Part shown: positions 1 to 11,065 of the stretch, one piece after another
Layout: every line of letters begins with the position of its first letter
Position numbering within the stretch: the stretch's first letter is position 1
NCBI RefSeq assembly: GCF_018350175.1
Contig: NC_058368.1
Location: 4,960,001 to 5,024,000, forward strand
Direction: 5' to 3'
DNA length: 64,000 bases
Origin: Felis catus
Lineage: Eukaryota
The notes under the pieces: model-generated
What the model was told of the DNA's origin: nothing
Databases searched by the model: none
Seen by the model: only the letters and a program-made list of their open reading frames with translations
Translations under genes and position numbers: made by a program

Positions 1-253
1 TCAGCTACTGTCCTTGATTTCTTCCACAAAGACTAGGCTTTCCCCCTTAGTCTCTCCTAATTATATGTAGGCTTTTGATTCCAGAATAACCTGTCCCAGA
101 AGATCACGCTTCAGACCACCTCTACTCCCTTCTGTTTGCTTGTTTGTATATAAGCATCCTGCACCACTCCATACCTCATTCCCAATCCAAGAAATCCATA
201 TTTATCTCTATGCACATAAAAGCAAGTTCTCTGTTCAACTCCAGCTCATGAAA

Positions 254-486
254 TTTTAATTTTTATAAATGCTTTTTTTAATGTTTATTTATTTTTGAAA
301 GAGAGAGAGAGAGAAAGCACAAGCAGGGGAGGGGCAGAGAGAGAGAACGAGACACAGAATCCGAAGCGGGCTCCAGGCTCCGAGCTGTCAGCGCAGAGCC
401 CGACGTGGAGCTGGAACGCACGAACCGTGAGATCATGACCTGAGCCGAAGTCGGACGCTTAACCGACTGAGCCACCCAGGCGCCCC
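254..486 (-). mobile_element. Can-SINE (SINEC_Fc-like)
   Basis: Reverse complement of GGGGCGCCTGGGTGGCTCAGTCGGTTAAGCGTCCGACTTCGGCTCAGGTCATGATC...(CT)n, with A tail. Confidence 0.95.
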
Positions 487-682
487 TGAAAGAATCCTTT
501 TTTATTTCTTTTACTAATAATAACTCTTTGCCCCACGATCCTTCCTATAAAAACCCTCTATTTTGTACAACTGCTCAGAGCGTCTCTCTACTTGCTGGGA
601 GGGAGTGCTGCCTAATTCACGAATTGCTTAATGAAGCCAATTCGATCTTCAAATTCACTCCGTTGAATTTTGTTTTTTAACA
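487..682 (+). mobile_element. ERV1 LTR 3' portion (MER34-like)
   Basis: TATA-like CCTATAAAAA, AATGAAGCCAATT and terminal TTGAATTTTGTTTTTTAACA resemble MER34-family LTR ends (from memory). Confidence 0.6.
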
Positions 683-748
683 TCCCCCCCCCCTCCAAAA
701 AACAGAACAAAATAAAAACCAGAAAACGACTCTTTAAAAGACTCCAGT

Positions 749-979
749 CGTGGCGCCTGGGTGGCTCAGTCGGTTAAGCGTCTGACTTCAGCTCAGGTCA
801 TGATCTCGCTGTTTGTGAGTTCAAGCCCAGCGTCAGGCTCTGCTCTGACAGCTCGGAGCCTGGAGCCCGCTTCCGATTCTGTGTCTCCCTCTCTCTCTGC
901 CCCTCCCCTGCTCATGCTCTGTCTCTGTCTCAAAAATAAATAAAAACATTTTAAAAAAAGTTAAAAAAAAAAAAAAAAG
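749..979 (+). mobile_element. Can-SINE
   Basis: tRNA-derived head, CT-rich body, A tail; TSD AAAGAC(T/C)CCAGT. Confidence 0.95.
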
Positions 980-1279
980 ACCCCAGTTGGTTGGTCCTAA
1001 CAGTCACAGCAGATTAGCCGGCCTCATGTGTGCTTATGAGAAATGGAGATTTTCTGAGCAAAAGGCTCAGAGATCAGATCCACATCAGAATAACAAGGCT
1101 TTCGAAAGGCAAACAACAGTTTTTCACTTGTTCACAAAGTGTGAAAAGAAATACGGGCCCACTGTTGGTTTTTTTCCACCAATTTCACGCACACGCACAC
1201 ACACACACACATCACACTGCCATCACCATCATTCGAATCAGTTCTAAAAACTGAAAAGGGTGGAAATAAGATTGATCCC

Positions 1280-1333
1280 GAAAAAATAACCTACAGAATT
1301 CACTTTAAATGTAAAGGAGCAACAAAATTTATT
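1280..1333 (-). terminator. Candidate distal polyadenylation site of AMER2
   Basis: AATAAA on the minus strand at 1328-1333, followed ~30 nt later by GU/U-rich GTGAATTCTGTAGGTTATTTTTT, with upstream TGTA elements. Confidence 0.6.
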
Positions 1334-3084
1334 GGCTGAATTGAACACAACAGTTAAAATGGCAGTGTTGTATTTTCATTTTAAGATGTTTGAATGAAAC
1401 AAGAAAAGTGCTATTAGTTCAAGCTTCTTACATTCATTAAAAGAGTGGCTATCAAAAACAGCAACATGCACAATGATACATATGCACAAAATGGAATTAT
1501 ATCAACAAATATACAAAATACCCAAAATAAAATATTTACAGGCTTAAAAATATAAACATTGGTTCATTTATCCCATTAAATCATTGGAGGAAGGAGAAAA
1601 GATCCTATTGCTATCTGGAATCCTCTTGTAAAACAAGTTTTAAAAACATAGAGTAGTTCTAGAAGACAATTTTTGATGTTTTGGGGGGGACTTAACATTC
1701 TATTATAAAAATAATATCTATAAACCTACTAACCATTTTCCTCCTGTGCACAAAAATAATACAGCCAAAAGCTTGTCCTCAAAGACATGCCTGACTTTCA
1801 GGAAAACTAATTATAGAGATGGAATTTCTCATTTGGGTCTTCTTTGTCATTATTTTCAAAGAACCTGCAATTCCCTATGGTACACTGAGATATTTCATAT
1901 AAATAACTTGGTCAAAACCTGAAGTTAGCAATGAGCCCGGCAGAGAGCTGGAGTCAAGTAAAAATGACAAAAATTTACTTTGCCTATAGCGTCAAAACCA
2001 TTTTCCCTGACGTTCTTGATAGAACGGCCACTCTCGGATCCTTCGCATTCAGTTAACTTCATCCTAGAAGCAGTAACAATGTCATCTATTACTTTGTTAG
2101 CATTTCTCTTCCTTTCTTTAGAAATAACTGTGCAGTGGGGGATAAATGGTTGCAGTGTAGATATCTGAGAAGGCTTACTAATTCCTTTAGGCTGCCCAGG
2201 GCCATCTCATGACATGTCACAAGGATTTGCTGTGTGTCTGCTCTACGCCCCTATGCGGTTTGACCAGGTATTTTTAGTATCTCTGCTTTAGCTTATTAGA
2301 TGATCCAGGTAGGTATCTGAGAAAGTTTAACATGTCTCTGATAGCCAGTCACCTAGGCTGTATTTTATTAAAAATATTATCTTCCCACACAAAGCAGAAA
2401 GTTACTCTACCAATTACTGAGTGGTTACCAAAAAGGACCCCAGTTTACGATTCAATAGAATGACCACCTGTCACCGAACTCTTCATTACATCTTATTAAT
2501 ACGAGGTCCAAAATCCATTTTAAAAGCATCTCGCCAAGCATAGGCAGGTCATCGATTAGTAAAATAACCTTGTGACCATGTTACAATTTCAAATGGATTG
2601 TCCCTAAATACAGGAGTATTAACAGAAGCGGAGTGGAAGAAAACTCAGCTTGCAACCCGCTGGGTTCACTACTGAAATTGTTTTTGGTTTTGTTACTGAC
2701 AAAACAGACAGCAGATTACAAAATCTGTAGGCAGACCTGCTTGTGTGTAACTTGAGAATAACTGGGGAATATAGTCCACAATTTTGACTGGCCCAGGTGA
2801 GGAAAAAACCCGCTAGACTCTGAGATCTTTTAGACTTGCATGTATAAAAGCCATCAAAGAATTAAAAACCAAAAAACCAAAAAACCAAAAAACCAAAACA
2901 AGTTCACTTTTAACTCAAAGAGTCAGAATAGTCATCGGTTGAATGGTATCCACAATTATAAAAATCTGGTTTGGCTCTCACAGTTCAGAACTTTGATCAG
3001 TTTCTTACTTAAAACGACTTATACAAAAATGGAATCATACGGCTAAAAAAGAAGATGTGTAATTAAAGCAGGAGCTATAGAGTT

Positions 3085-3290
3085 AGGTTTCTCATTCAAA
3101 TCCTGTCCATTACGTATGAAATGGGCGACTCTGGACAAGGTGTCCCACCTTTGCGCGCATTATTTCCTTCCTCTGCAGGACGGAGCTAATACCCACCCTG
3201 CACGGTTCTTGCGGACTGTGGCGATAACGACGCACAGAGGATCGTCCCGGCACAGAGTCGACACATGGTATATGTTAGTTGTTTTACTTC
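3085..3290 (+). mobile_element. MIR SINE (degraded), inside the putative AMER2 3'UTR
   Basis: TTCAAATCCTG..GACTCTGGACAAG...TTTCCTTCCTCTGCAGGACGGAGCTAATA...CCCGGCACAGAGT follows the MIR core layout. Confidence 0.65.
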
Positions 3291-6200
3291 AATATACAAC
3301 CCTCAAATTCACGGTGGCTGACTTTCTAGGTCTTCAGTAAATATTAGTTGAATGAATTAGTGAATCAGAAAATAGGCGCCAGAATTCAATGGCCACAGAC
3401 AGAAGGGAGGATGCGCTACTTTTGAAAGAGCCAGGGGCTTGTCTCTGAAGTCCAGAACTGTATCGAGGCGAGGGATCGCTCAGCTAGTTCCTACTTAAAC
3501 AAACCACACGGAATCACCCAGAGCAAGCCTGGGCTGGGTTGATGATAGAAAACCACGTGCAACGTGCCTGGAATGACTGAAATCCTACAGGGAAGAAGTA
3601 TTGCCATGACAACAGAAGAGATTTCTGTCTATATTTTTGATATTGAACCGGAGAAAGAGAGGATACCGTAAAAAAAAAAAAAAAAAAAAAAAAAAAGCAG
3701 AGCGTTTGCCTTAACTGCACAACAGTGCCCCGTCTCTCTGCCAGTGATGGGAGCACCATCGTGTCAGACACAAAACCAATTTTCAACTTTATGGCTTGGG
3801 TTGGCTTTTTTTTCTATTGGAAGTGAGCCGGTCATGCCATGAAGTCGTTTTTAGCTCTTGTGTCACCCTAAGTTAGTGAAGACTTTATATTCCTGTCCCA
3901 GACACTAGGGGAAAAGAGAGAAAGGGAAAGAAGGGAAGGGGGAGGGGTAAAGATGGAACGGGATGGAAACAAACAAAAAGCAGGAATGAAAGATGGCACA
4001 CGAGGGGAGTAACATTGCCCAGCCCTCAATAAAAGAAAGATGTTTTTAGGGACTGTGAAGAAAGTCCCATCACGGTACGGCTACGTGTGAACTCCAAACT
4101 GAAGGGGGTTCTATGAAGTATCAGATACAGTATATGCCCCACGAATACAGGTTGCTTTGAATTTAAGTACTTATCGGTCATAAAATGCGCCCAGTTTCAG
4201 TTCCGGAGGCTTCGTGGCCATTTTAATCTGTCCTTTTTCAGTTTGAGAAGGGACTCCTTTCCGTAATCATGAAACTATCATTCTGAATCGCTCCTTGAAA
4301 GCATTCTCTGCAGTGAAAGAAAAACATTCCTTATAAGTGGACTATTCTTGCAAGAAGCTGACTCCTTTATATCACCAGCACAGTGCAAAGGCTTTGAGAA
4401 GCAATTTATGCCAGCCATCAGAAGACGCTCAGAGCCAGACGCTGACCGCCCTTGAGGGGGGACCACACTTACCCCCTGACCATGTTACAGACACGTCTTT
4501 CTATGAAGCAAACGCTTGCCTCTTGCTTTTCCCACACAGATCTGTATGTCACCAGTCGGCCATGCTAGCGTGTGGTCCCAAGCTGTCATGCATATTTGTG
4601 CGTGGGGAATCAAAAATTCCTAAGGCCGAGTTTCCACGAATAAGAACTATGTTGTTCATCCCTTGGGCTGCCTGGAGAGGACGGAGGGAAACGGGTAGGG
4701 CCGAGGTATTTGGGTTCCTCCTGTTACTTCATTCGGGTACTTTAAACCAGCCATTGCCACTGGTGAGCAGAGGCAACTGTGATGCTTTCTCCTTATGTTT
4801 AAGAGTATAAAATTCTTTAATTAGTTTCTTAAGAATGATTAGTTGCTTAAGAATGAGCACAAAGTAGATGCAAATATATTGGAACACGCCTCAGTAGAAA
4901 CGGAGCACAGGGGACCAACGCCAGATTGTCATCATTCGGGGGAGAAATCTGGAATGACTACCCTCAGGAAATGTGTTCCACTACGCAAGTGTCAAAACAC
5001 TCCACGCTCGCGAGAAGTGTCCCCTTACTGCCATCTGAGGGCACCAAGTAAACATGGTGGGTACGGAGAGAGCGGGGAGAAAGCTGCTTTAATTAATCTC
5101 TGCGTACAAAGTGAATGGTAAAAAGTCTCTGAAGACTAATCTGACAAAGATGTAAGGAATGAAAACTCGGAAAGATCCGTATAAGAAACCTTGATATCTA
5201 ACACAGCCTTTTTACCTTGGTAACCGTGTAAGCAAAGGGTACTTTGAATATTATTCATTGAAGTGCAAATACTTCAAAACTTACTTCTGAGATGAATGAA
5301 GAAACCCTTAAAACTCAGTAAAACGTCACATTCATCAACGTGAAACGTTTTGTATTTACATAGGCAGATAATCTGTGGAAAACGTATCTAAAGGAAGCCC
5401 TTAATGTCCTATATGTCATTGTTGTTACTAGGTGAAATAATAAAAATCTATTTCCTCTTGCAATTATCGAAAATGCTATAGTAAAATTTCTCCCGGTCAG
5501 TGCTAATGGAAGAATAAAAGCATCCAACTGCCATTAGAACTGATGCCAGAGTAGTTCAAGTAACATTGTGTGATGTAGACATTACAGTCAGGCTGTCTTT
5601 GTGCAGAGCCATTAAACTCACTGATAAATGCAGGGCCAACAATTGATTTGACTTTCTCCTCTCTAATTTGTTCAGCTCTCTGACTAAACAGACTTAATCA
5701 ACCAAGCATCTCAGAATCATACACAACATAGCAAAGGTATCATCAGCCCACATTTAATCCTTCCCATTAAAAAAAAAATCAGCAAATATGGCCAATTTAG
5801 GAAACGCATAATAATAACTGGAATATAAATCTATTAAAATGCTAAAAAAAAAAAAAAAAAGCCAACTCTTCAATCTCCAGGAACATGAATGAAAGTAGCC
5901 CTTGGCACAAAAAAAGCAACTATGATTCCTTGCCTATAGGTGGACAAGGTTACGATCCAGGCTTCCTGCATTGGTCCTGATTTCCCATCAACCTACTGAG
6001 GCCATTTAATTAATTGCCTGCATCCTTCATTTTGACTGGCGTGGGTGGAATTCTTAAAGATATAGAGGTTTTGGTGTTTTTTTAATGGAAAACATACGGG
6101 AAAAAAAGAAAAAAAAGAGAAAATGTTTTACATCTTGCATAACTGGTTAATTGCCAGGCAAGAGGAAATGAAGGTAAACTTTGCTGACACTTTCCTTTAC

Positions 6201-8018
6201 TTATAAAAGAAGACACAGCATCGTGGTGGAATTGGAGAAAGGAGTCCCAGAACTGTGAAAGCAAAAATAGTTTGTCCCAGTGCTTATAAAAAAGAGATTT
6301 ATCAATAGATTGCCTTTACTGTTACAATATTCTCATCAGTACTTCAGGTACACTTAACTTTCCTGTACAGTTGAACAAATGAGCAAACAGAACTTTTGTC
6401 ATGGATTCACACAGAGGAGACTACAACCCTCACAAGCAAATGCACGAGAAGAAAATCAAGATCCTTTGTTTTACGGCTAGGAATGAAATTTATGTTCTTT
6501 ACATTCGCTGGGGGGGGGGGAATGAATGCAGCTGGAGTCTAACTAGCACTATCGGGGTGAAATCAAATTTAAATCCCTTTCTCAAGACAGAATGTGTAAA
6601 ATATTTCCAAGCGTGCAGTAGATGCCTTTGTGTGTTAGTTTGTGCACAGTTGAGTGCATCAGCACGTGTGCGTGCGAGTGGCTTTATGAATTCCTGGTGG
6701 TGGGTTCAGAGTGCTTAAGGCTATGTCTGATTATAGGACCTCATCTATAGAAGGAAATTAAATATTAAAACAGTACTTTGAAATGACATTAAGGATCTGA
6801 CACAATGCAATAAAAGCCAGTAATCTGACTAATAATGAAATTCAACAAATCTCTACCACCTCTTCCAATTGAATCACTGCAAATTTAAAATGGGAACAAT
6901 CTGCCTTATGCTACTGGCTCAAACTTGTTTTCCTTTGATGTCTGTTTATTTCGTTCCTTTCGTACTGTTGAAATAGGTTTCCATATACTTAGCTTGCCTC
7001 TTTCTTTCCTTTATGAAACAGAACACAAGCTTTAAAAACATGTACCATCAGTTCATTACTTAGGCAATCTCTCTGGAAGATGGGAGCTATATAGCTCATA
7101 TAGTGTATGAATGTTATGCCGTTCACATGCATGTAGTTTTGCTTGAGAATATCTAGTCGTCCTGACACCATGAATCAACTCTTAGTAGGAGCTCTGGTCT
7201 TTTGATTACACACACTGAAGAGCATTTCACAGAGGATATTACATAATCATTAGAGGCTAATAGCGTTCTAGGAGCTGCTTCAGTTAATCACTCAAAGTAT
7301 CCAGGCATATGGTAACCTGTTCTGAAATAAATGTTTCATCTAAAATAACAGGAAACATACATATAAGGAAGCCACTTTTCAAAAAAAAAATCTTGGCATA
7401 GAATGTTTATGATACATATGCTTGCCAGTGTCATATTCTGAACATACCTGTCCCAATCACAAGTCCATAAAGCAAAAGTCAACTAACAGGAAAAACTGTG
7501 TTTTTCTCTTGTTTTTTCTTTATATATTCCTCATTTGGGACTCCCTATATTGTAGAATGGTGGAATCCAAAATTTTTATAACCAAGGTAAAAATCTCTGA
7601 TAAATAGTCTCTTACCCAAGACAAAACAGAACCATTCCTCTGGGAGGTCAACACAATAGACTTTTCTTTTTTTCTTTCTTTCTTTCTTTTTTTTTGTTTT
7701 TTTTTTTTTTGTTTTTTTTACCCCTGCATTGAGAGCCAGAGAACCCATATAAAACAAAAACAGAATTGCTTGAGGTTACAGTACATAAAAGAACATCAAT
7801 AGTTCAGGGATAGTTATCATAACTAGTTATAAAACCAGATTTTAAATTCGAGGTTACTGATAGATTATAAAATGTTAACAGCTGGATAAACTGTAAAATA
7901 TGCATTATGTACACATGAAAAGGTTACAGTTTATAAATGCTAAAATACTGTGTCTCTTGGCATTTTAGTGAAATCTTTCCCTGATCCTAATTTCTTCACT
8001 GGGTGGGAAAGAAAAAGG

Positions 8019-8019
<1 letters not shown>

Positions 8020-8081
<62 letters not shown>

Positions 8082-8083
8082 AA
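8020..8083. repeat. (GAAA)16 microsatellite
   Basis: Directly visible. Confidence 0.98.
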
Positions 8084-8307
8084 TCCTGCTCTGTTGAGCT
8101 TTTTACTTCTCCCCAAACAAATGATCTAAACCAAGCAAACCAAAGTGCTCCTTTATGGTCCTGGTGGTAAATAGTGACCTATTTGCATACCCAACAACTG
8201 AAAGTAGGCAAATTTTCTGCCAATCACTGATCCCCTCTGCTCATCAGGTGAAGACCAGACTCTTTCAGCTTTGGGAGTGTTTCCCACACAGTGGTACGGC
8301 AAAGGGT

Positions 8308-8332
8308 CTTTTTTTCTTTTCTCTTTCTTTTC

Positions 8333-8392
<60 letters not shown>

Positions 8393-8460
8393 TCCTTCTT
8401 TCTTTCTTTCCTTCTTTCTTTCTTTCTATCTCTCCCTCTCTCCCTCTCTCTCTTTTTTTT
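8308..8460. repeat. Polypyrimidine tract with pure (TTTC)15 at 8335-8394
   Basis: Directly visible. Confidence 0.97.
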
Positions 8461-8966
8461 CCTGGAAAGAAAAAGGAAAAGAAGGAAGGAAGGAAGGAAA
8501 GTGTCTTGGGAGAGGAAGGGCTCCTCTGGGGTTGGCAGTGGTTCCTCCAGGCCCTCTTTGCACCCTGCCTGGCACGGCCGAGTATCACGGCATGACGCTT
8601 ACTTAGGTTTGTTTGGTTAAGTCCTGTTTTCTGCAAAGGCAAGTAAAGGTGACTTCCAAGTGTTGAGCGCATCAAAGCAAAAAAAGGAAAAGCAAAGATT
8701 TTTTGTTTTTAAAGGTAAAAAAATTAAAAGTGCTTGAAAATAATTCTCAGGAAACTTATCTTGAGAGGAGAATCCCATGTGTAGCACCCCCTCCACGCTG
8801 TATCCTGCTGCCCCTGCTGGCCGCACAGGGACCTCCTGGGTCTAGGCTCTGGAGCAGGGACGGTCCTAAGAGCCTCCGTTTAGGGGGAAGCAAAACTTAT
8901 TTCAGTGGTTCCCAGGGAAAGTTGTATTCCTTGACGTGTGGTCCATGCACGTCGGCCTCGGAGACC

Positions 8967-9352
8967 TCACAACTTTTTGGCAGTGTCGTGGCACGCCGCT
9001 GCCCGGATGGTGGTCCCAGCCAAGCCCCTGTTGCTGACCCTGCGGACCAGCACTTTGGAAACCGGGATTTTTGTTCTGGGCATCTCACTCCTGACCGGTT
9101 GCTGGTGCGCTACGGGATGGCTGGACGGGAGGTTCGCGAGGTGCTTGATGCTGATGGGGATTTTAGAGTCCTTCAGCAGGCTGCCTGGTGTGCGCAGCGG
9201 GCAGGTGATGGTGACCGGGGACACGGGCTTTAGCCGGGACAAGCAGGCCGTCTCCTCGCTGGCGGGGACGACGGCCGGGCCCGCATCCGGATCGGAGTAG
9301 AGGTCGTAGAGCGCGTCCCCGCTGTAGCTATCCCGGGGATGGCCGCCTTCCT

Positions 9353-9384
<32 letters not shown>

Positions 9385-10629
9385 TGTCCTCCTCCGGGCC
9401 CGGAGTGGTGGAATCCCAGTAGCCCTCGTCGCTGTTGGGGACGCCCTCCTGCTGCTCCTTCTCCGGGGGTTTGGGCTCCTCCTTGGGATGGAGCTCCATG
9501 GGAACCCGGTTGAGCCTCCGGTGCTTGCCTAACGGCACGTCCTTGGCCCCTTCTGCGCACCTGGCGTCTTTGGGGGTCTCCGGCCCCACCTGGGCGTCCA
9601 GGGCCGCCGCCGCCGCCGCCGCCGCCGCCGTGGCCGCTGCCTCCTGGGGCCCTCGTCCCTGGTCCTCGGTCTGCGACAGCATGTCCCAGAACTCCTGGAG
9701 ATAGGTGTCGTCCAGCTCGTCCGGGCTCGCCATCTCCTCCCCGCCGCCCTGGTAGGCCACCACGCCGGGGTTCTTTTTAGACAGGACTGGCTTGCCAGGC
9801 CCGGGGGCATGCTTGTCGCAGCTGGGACCCGCCTCGTCCTCCGGGTCTGCAATAATATCTCCGCAGCCTGTAAGAGAGTCAAAGCTTTTCAGTGAAGTCA
9901 CGTCAGAAAACATCAAACAAATACGATCGGCCGCCGGGTCTGAGGGCGGATCGACAGAGGAAGGGTCGGGGGCGGCCGCCGCCCGGCCGCCGCACTCCGC
10001 GTCGAGCAGGGGGACGGGCGGTGCCGGAGCGTCACCTGTCCTGCAGGCATCCTCGGCCGTGTGCGCCTCCTCCCCCGCGCCCGGCTCCGGGGGTGCCCGG
10101 GGCTCCTCGGCGCGCCGGTGCCCCGCGGCGTCCTCTCCCCGGGCGCCCTCGGCCCGAGGCGCGGCGGGGCCGGGGGCCCGTCGGCGGTCCGGCGCGGGGG
10201 CGCGAGCGGCGGGGGCCGGCCCCGGCTGCCCCCCTCCGGGCTCACCTGCTGCTGGCTCTGGCGGCGCGTCCCCGCGCGGCTGCTCCGGCTGGCGCGCGGG
10301 CGCGGGCGCGGGCGCGGGCGTCTCCTCCTTGACGCACTCCAGGCTGGCGGTGAGCGAGCCCGGCAGGACCAGGCCGCCCGGCGCCCCCGCGCGCTCGCCC
10401 TTGGCCTCCGCCTTGGCCCGCTTGTCCTTCCTGGGCCAGCGCATGCTGCTGAAGAGCCCCTTGAGCCCCCTCTTTTGTTTGCCGCCGGCCCTGCTCGCGT
10501 CCGCGGGCTCGCCCCGGCCGCTGTCCGGCCGCCCGTTCTTCCTCAGCAGGGAGAAGAAGCTGTGCGACTTGGCCACGGCGCTGGGGGCCGCGGAGCCCCC
10601 GCCGGGGCCCGCCGCCCTGGGGGCGCCCC

Positions 10630-10666
<37 letters not shown>

Positions 10667-11009
10667 GCCCGGCCGACCCCCGCCGCCCCCGCCGCCGCCG
10701 CGCGGCTCCTCCTTCTTGCCGCTCTCCAGCACCAGCACCTCGGCCAGGCCGTCGTGGGTCCGGCTCCTCGCCATCCCCGTCGGACCCGAGCCTTTCGCGT
10801 CCCCTTTGTTTTTGACCCCGAAAATGCTGGGCATCGCGCCGCCCGATTTCCTCTTCCTGAACAACTTGAACGCGGCCTTGTTGATCCTGCCCGACGGCTG
10901 CTCGGCGGCCGGCGTCTCGGCGGCACAGTCGCAGTGCGAGTCCATGTCTGCCGCGAGGGTCCCGGCCGCGGCCGCCGCCTTCCTCCTGCAGCCCCCCGCG
11001 GACGCGCGG

Positions 11010-11049
<40 letters not shown>

Positions 11050-11065
11050 GCCCGCTCGTCGCCAT
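8967..11065 (-). CDS. AMER2: APC membrane recruitment protein 2 (FAM123A); ~699 aa once a 1-bp deletion at 9335-9338 is corrected
   Basis: ORF 9230..11188 from MATSGRGGG (ATG at 11065) contains recognisable AMER2 segments: DMDSHCDCAAETPAAE..INKAAFKLF.KRKSGG.MPSIFGVKNKG, RSRTHDGLAEVLVLESG, SLKSFDSLTGCGDIIAD, VAYQGGGEEMASPDE, EGVPNSDEGYWDSTTPGPEED. ORF 8967..9560 supplies the C-terminus RDSYSGDALYDLY...SKIP...TKIP...CHDTAKKL*. The frames join at IP|RDSYS. Confidence 0.96.
9868..10245 (-). other. AMER2: In-frame alternatively spliced internal intron (exitron) of AMER2, 378 nt / 126 codons
   Basis: Donor CAG|GTGAG (GT at 10245-10244) and acceptor CTCTCTTACAG|G (AG at 9869-9868) are both phase 1, with a CTGAC branch candidate 36 nt upstream of the acceptor. 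This matches my recollection of the human short isoform joining ...PAG to CGDII. Confidence 0.8.

Larger units (their letters stand above)
1310..8966 (-). other. AMER2: Probable long 3'UTR of AMER2
   Basis: Runs from the stop codon to a canonical polyA signal. AT-rich, free of Can-SINEs, with PUM and miRNA seed motifs. Consistent with my recollection that the human gene spans ~10 kb as one exon. The extent is inferred. Confidence 0.6.

Noticed and set aside
7660..7720. A-rich tract on the minus strand as a possible proximal 3' end
   Set aside because: A genomic A-run without a clear upstream AATAAA; more likely an internal oligo-dT priming site.
8155..8675. ORFs with FFLS/ERKK repeats
   Set aside because: Translations of the (TTTC)n microsatellite.
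9330..9345. Programmed -1 ribosomal frameshift as an explanation for the broken frame
   Set aside because: No canonical slippery heptamer, and the orthologous protein as I recall it reads through continuously; a homopolymer indel is simpler.
9380..9389. REST/NRSE right half-site GGACAGCGCC (and a degenerate RE1 near 10730-10750)
   Set aside because: Only half or degenerate sites, inside coding sequence; the matching left half is absent.
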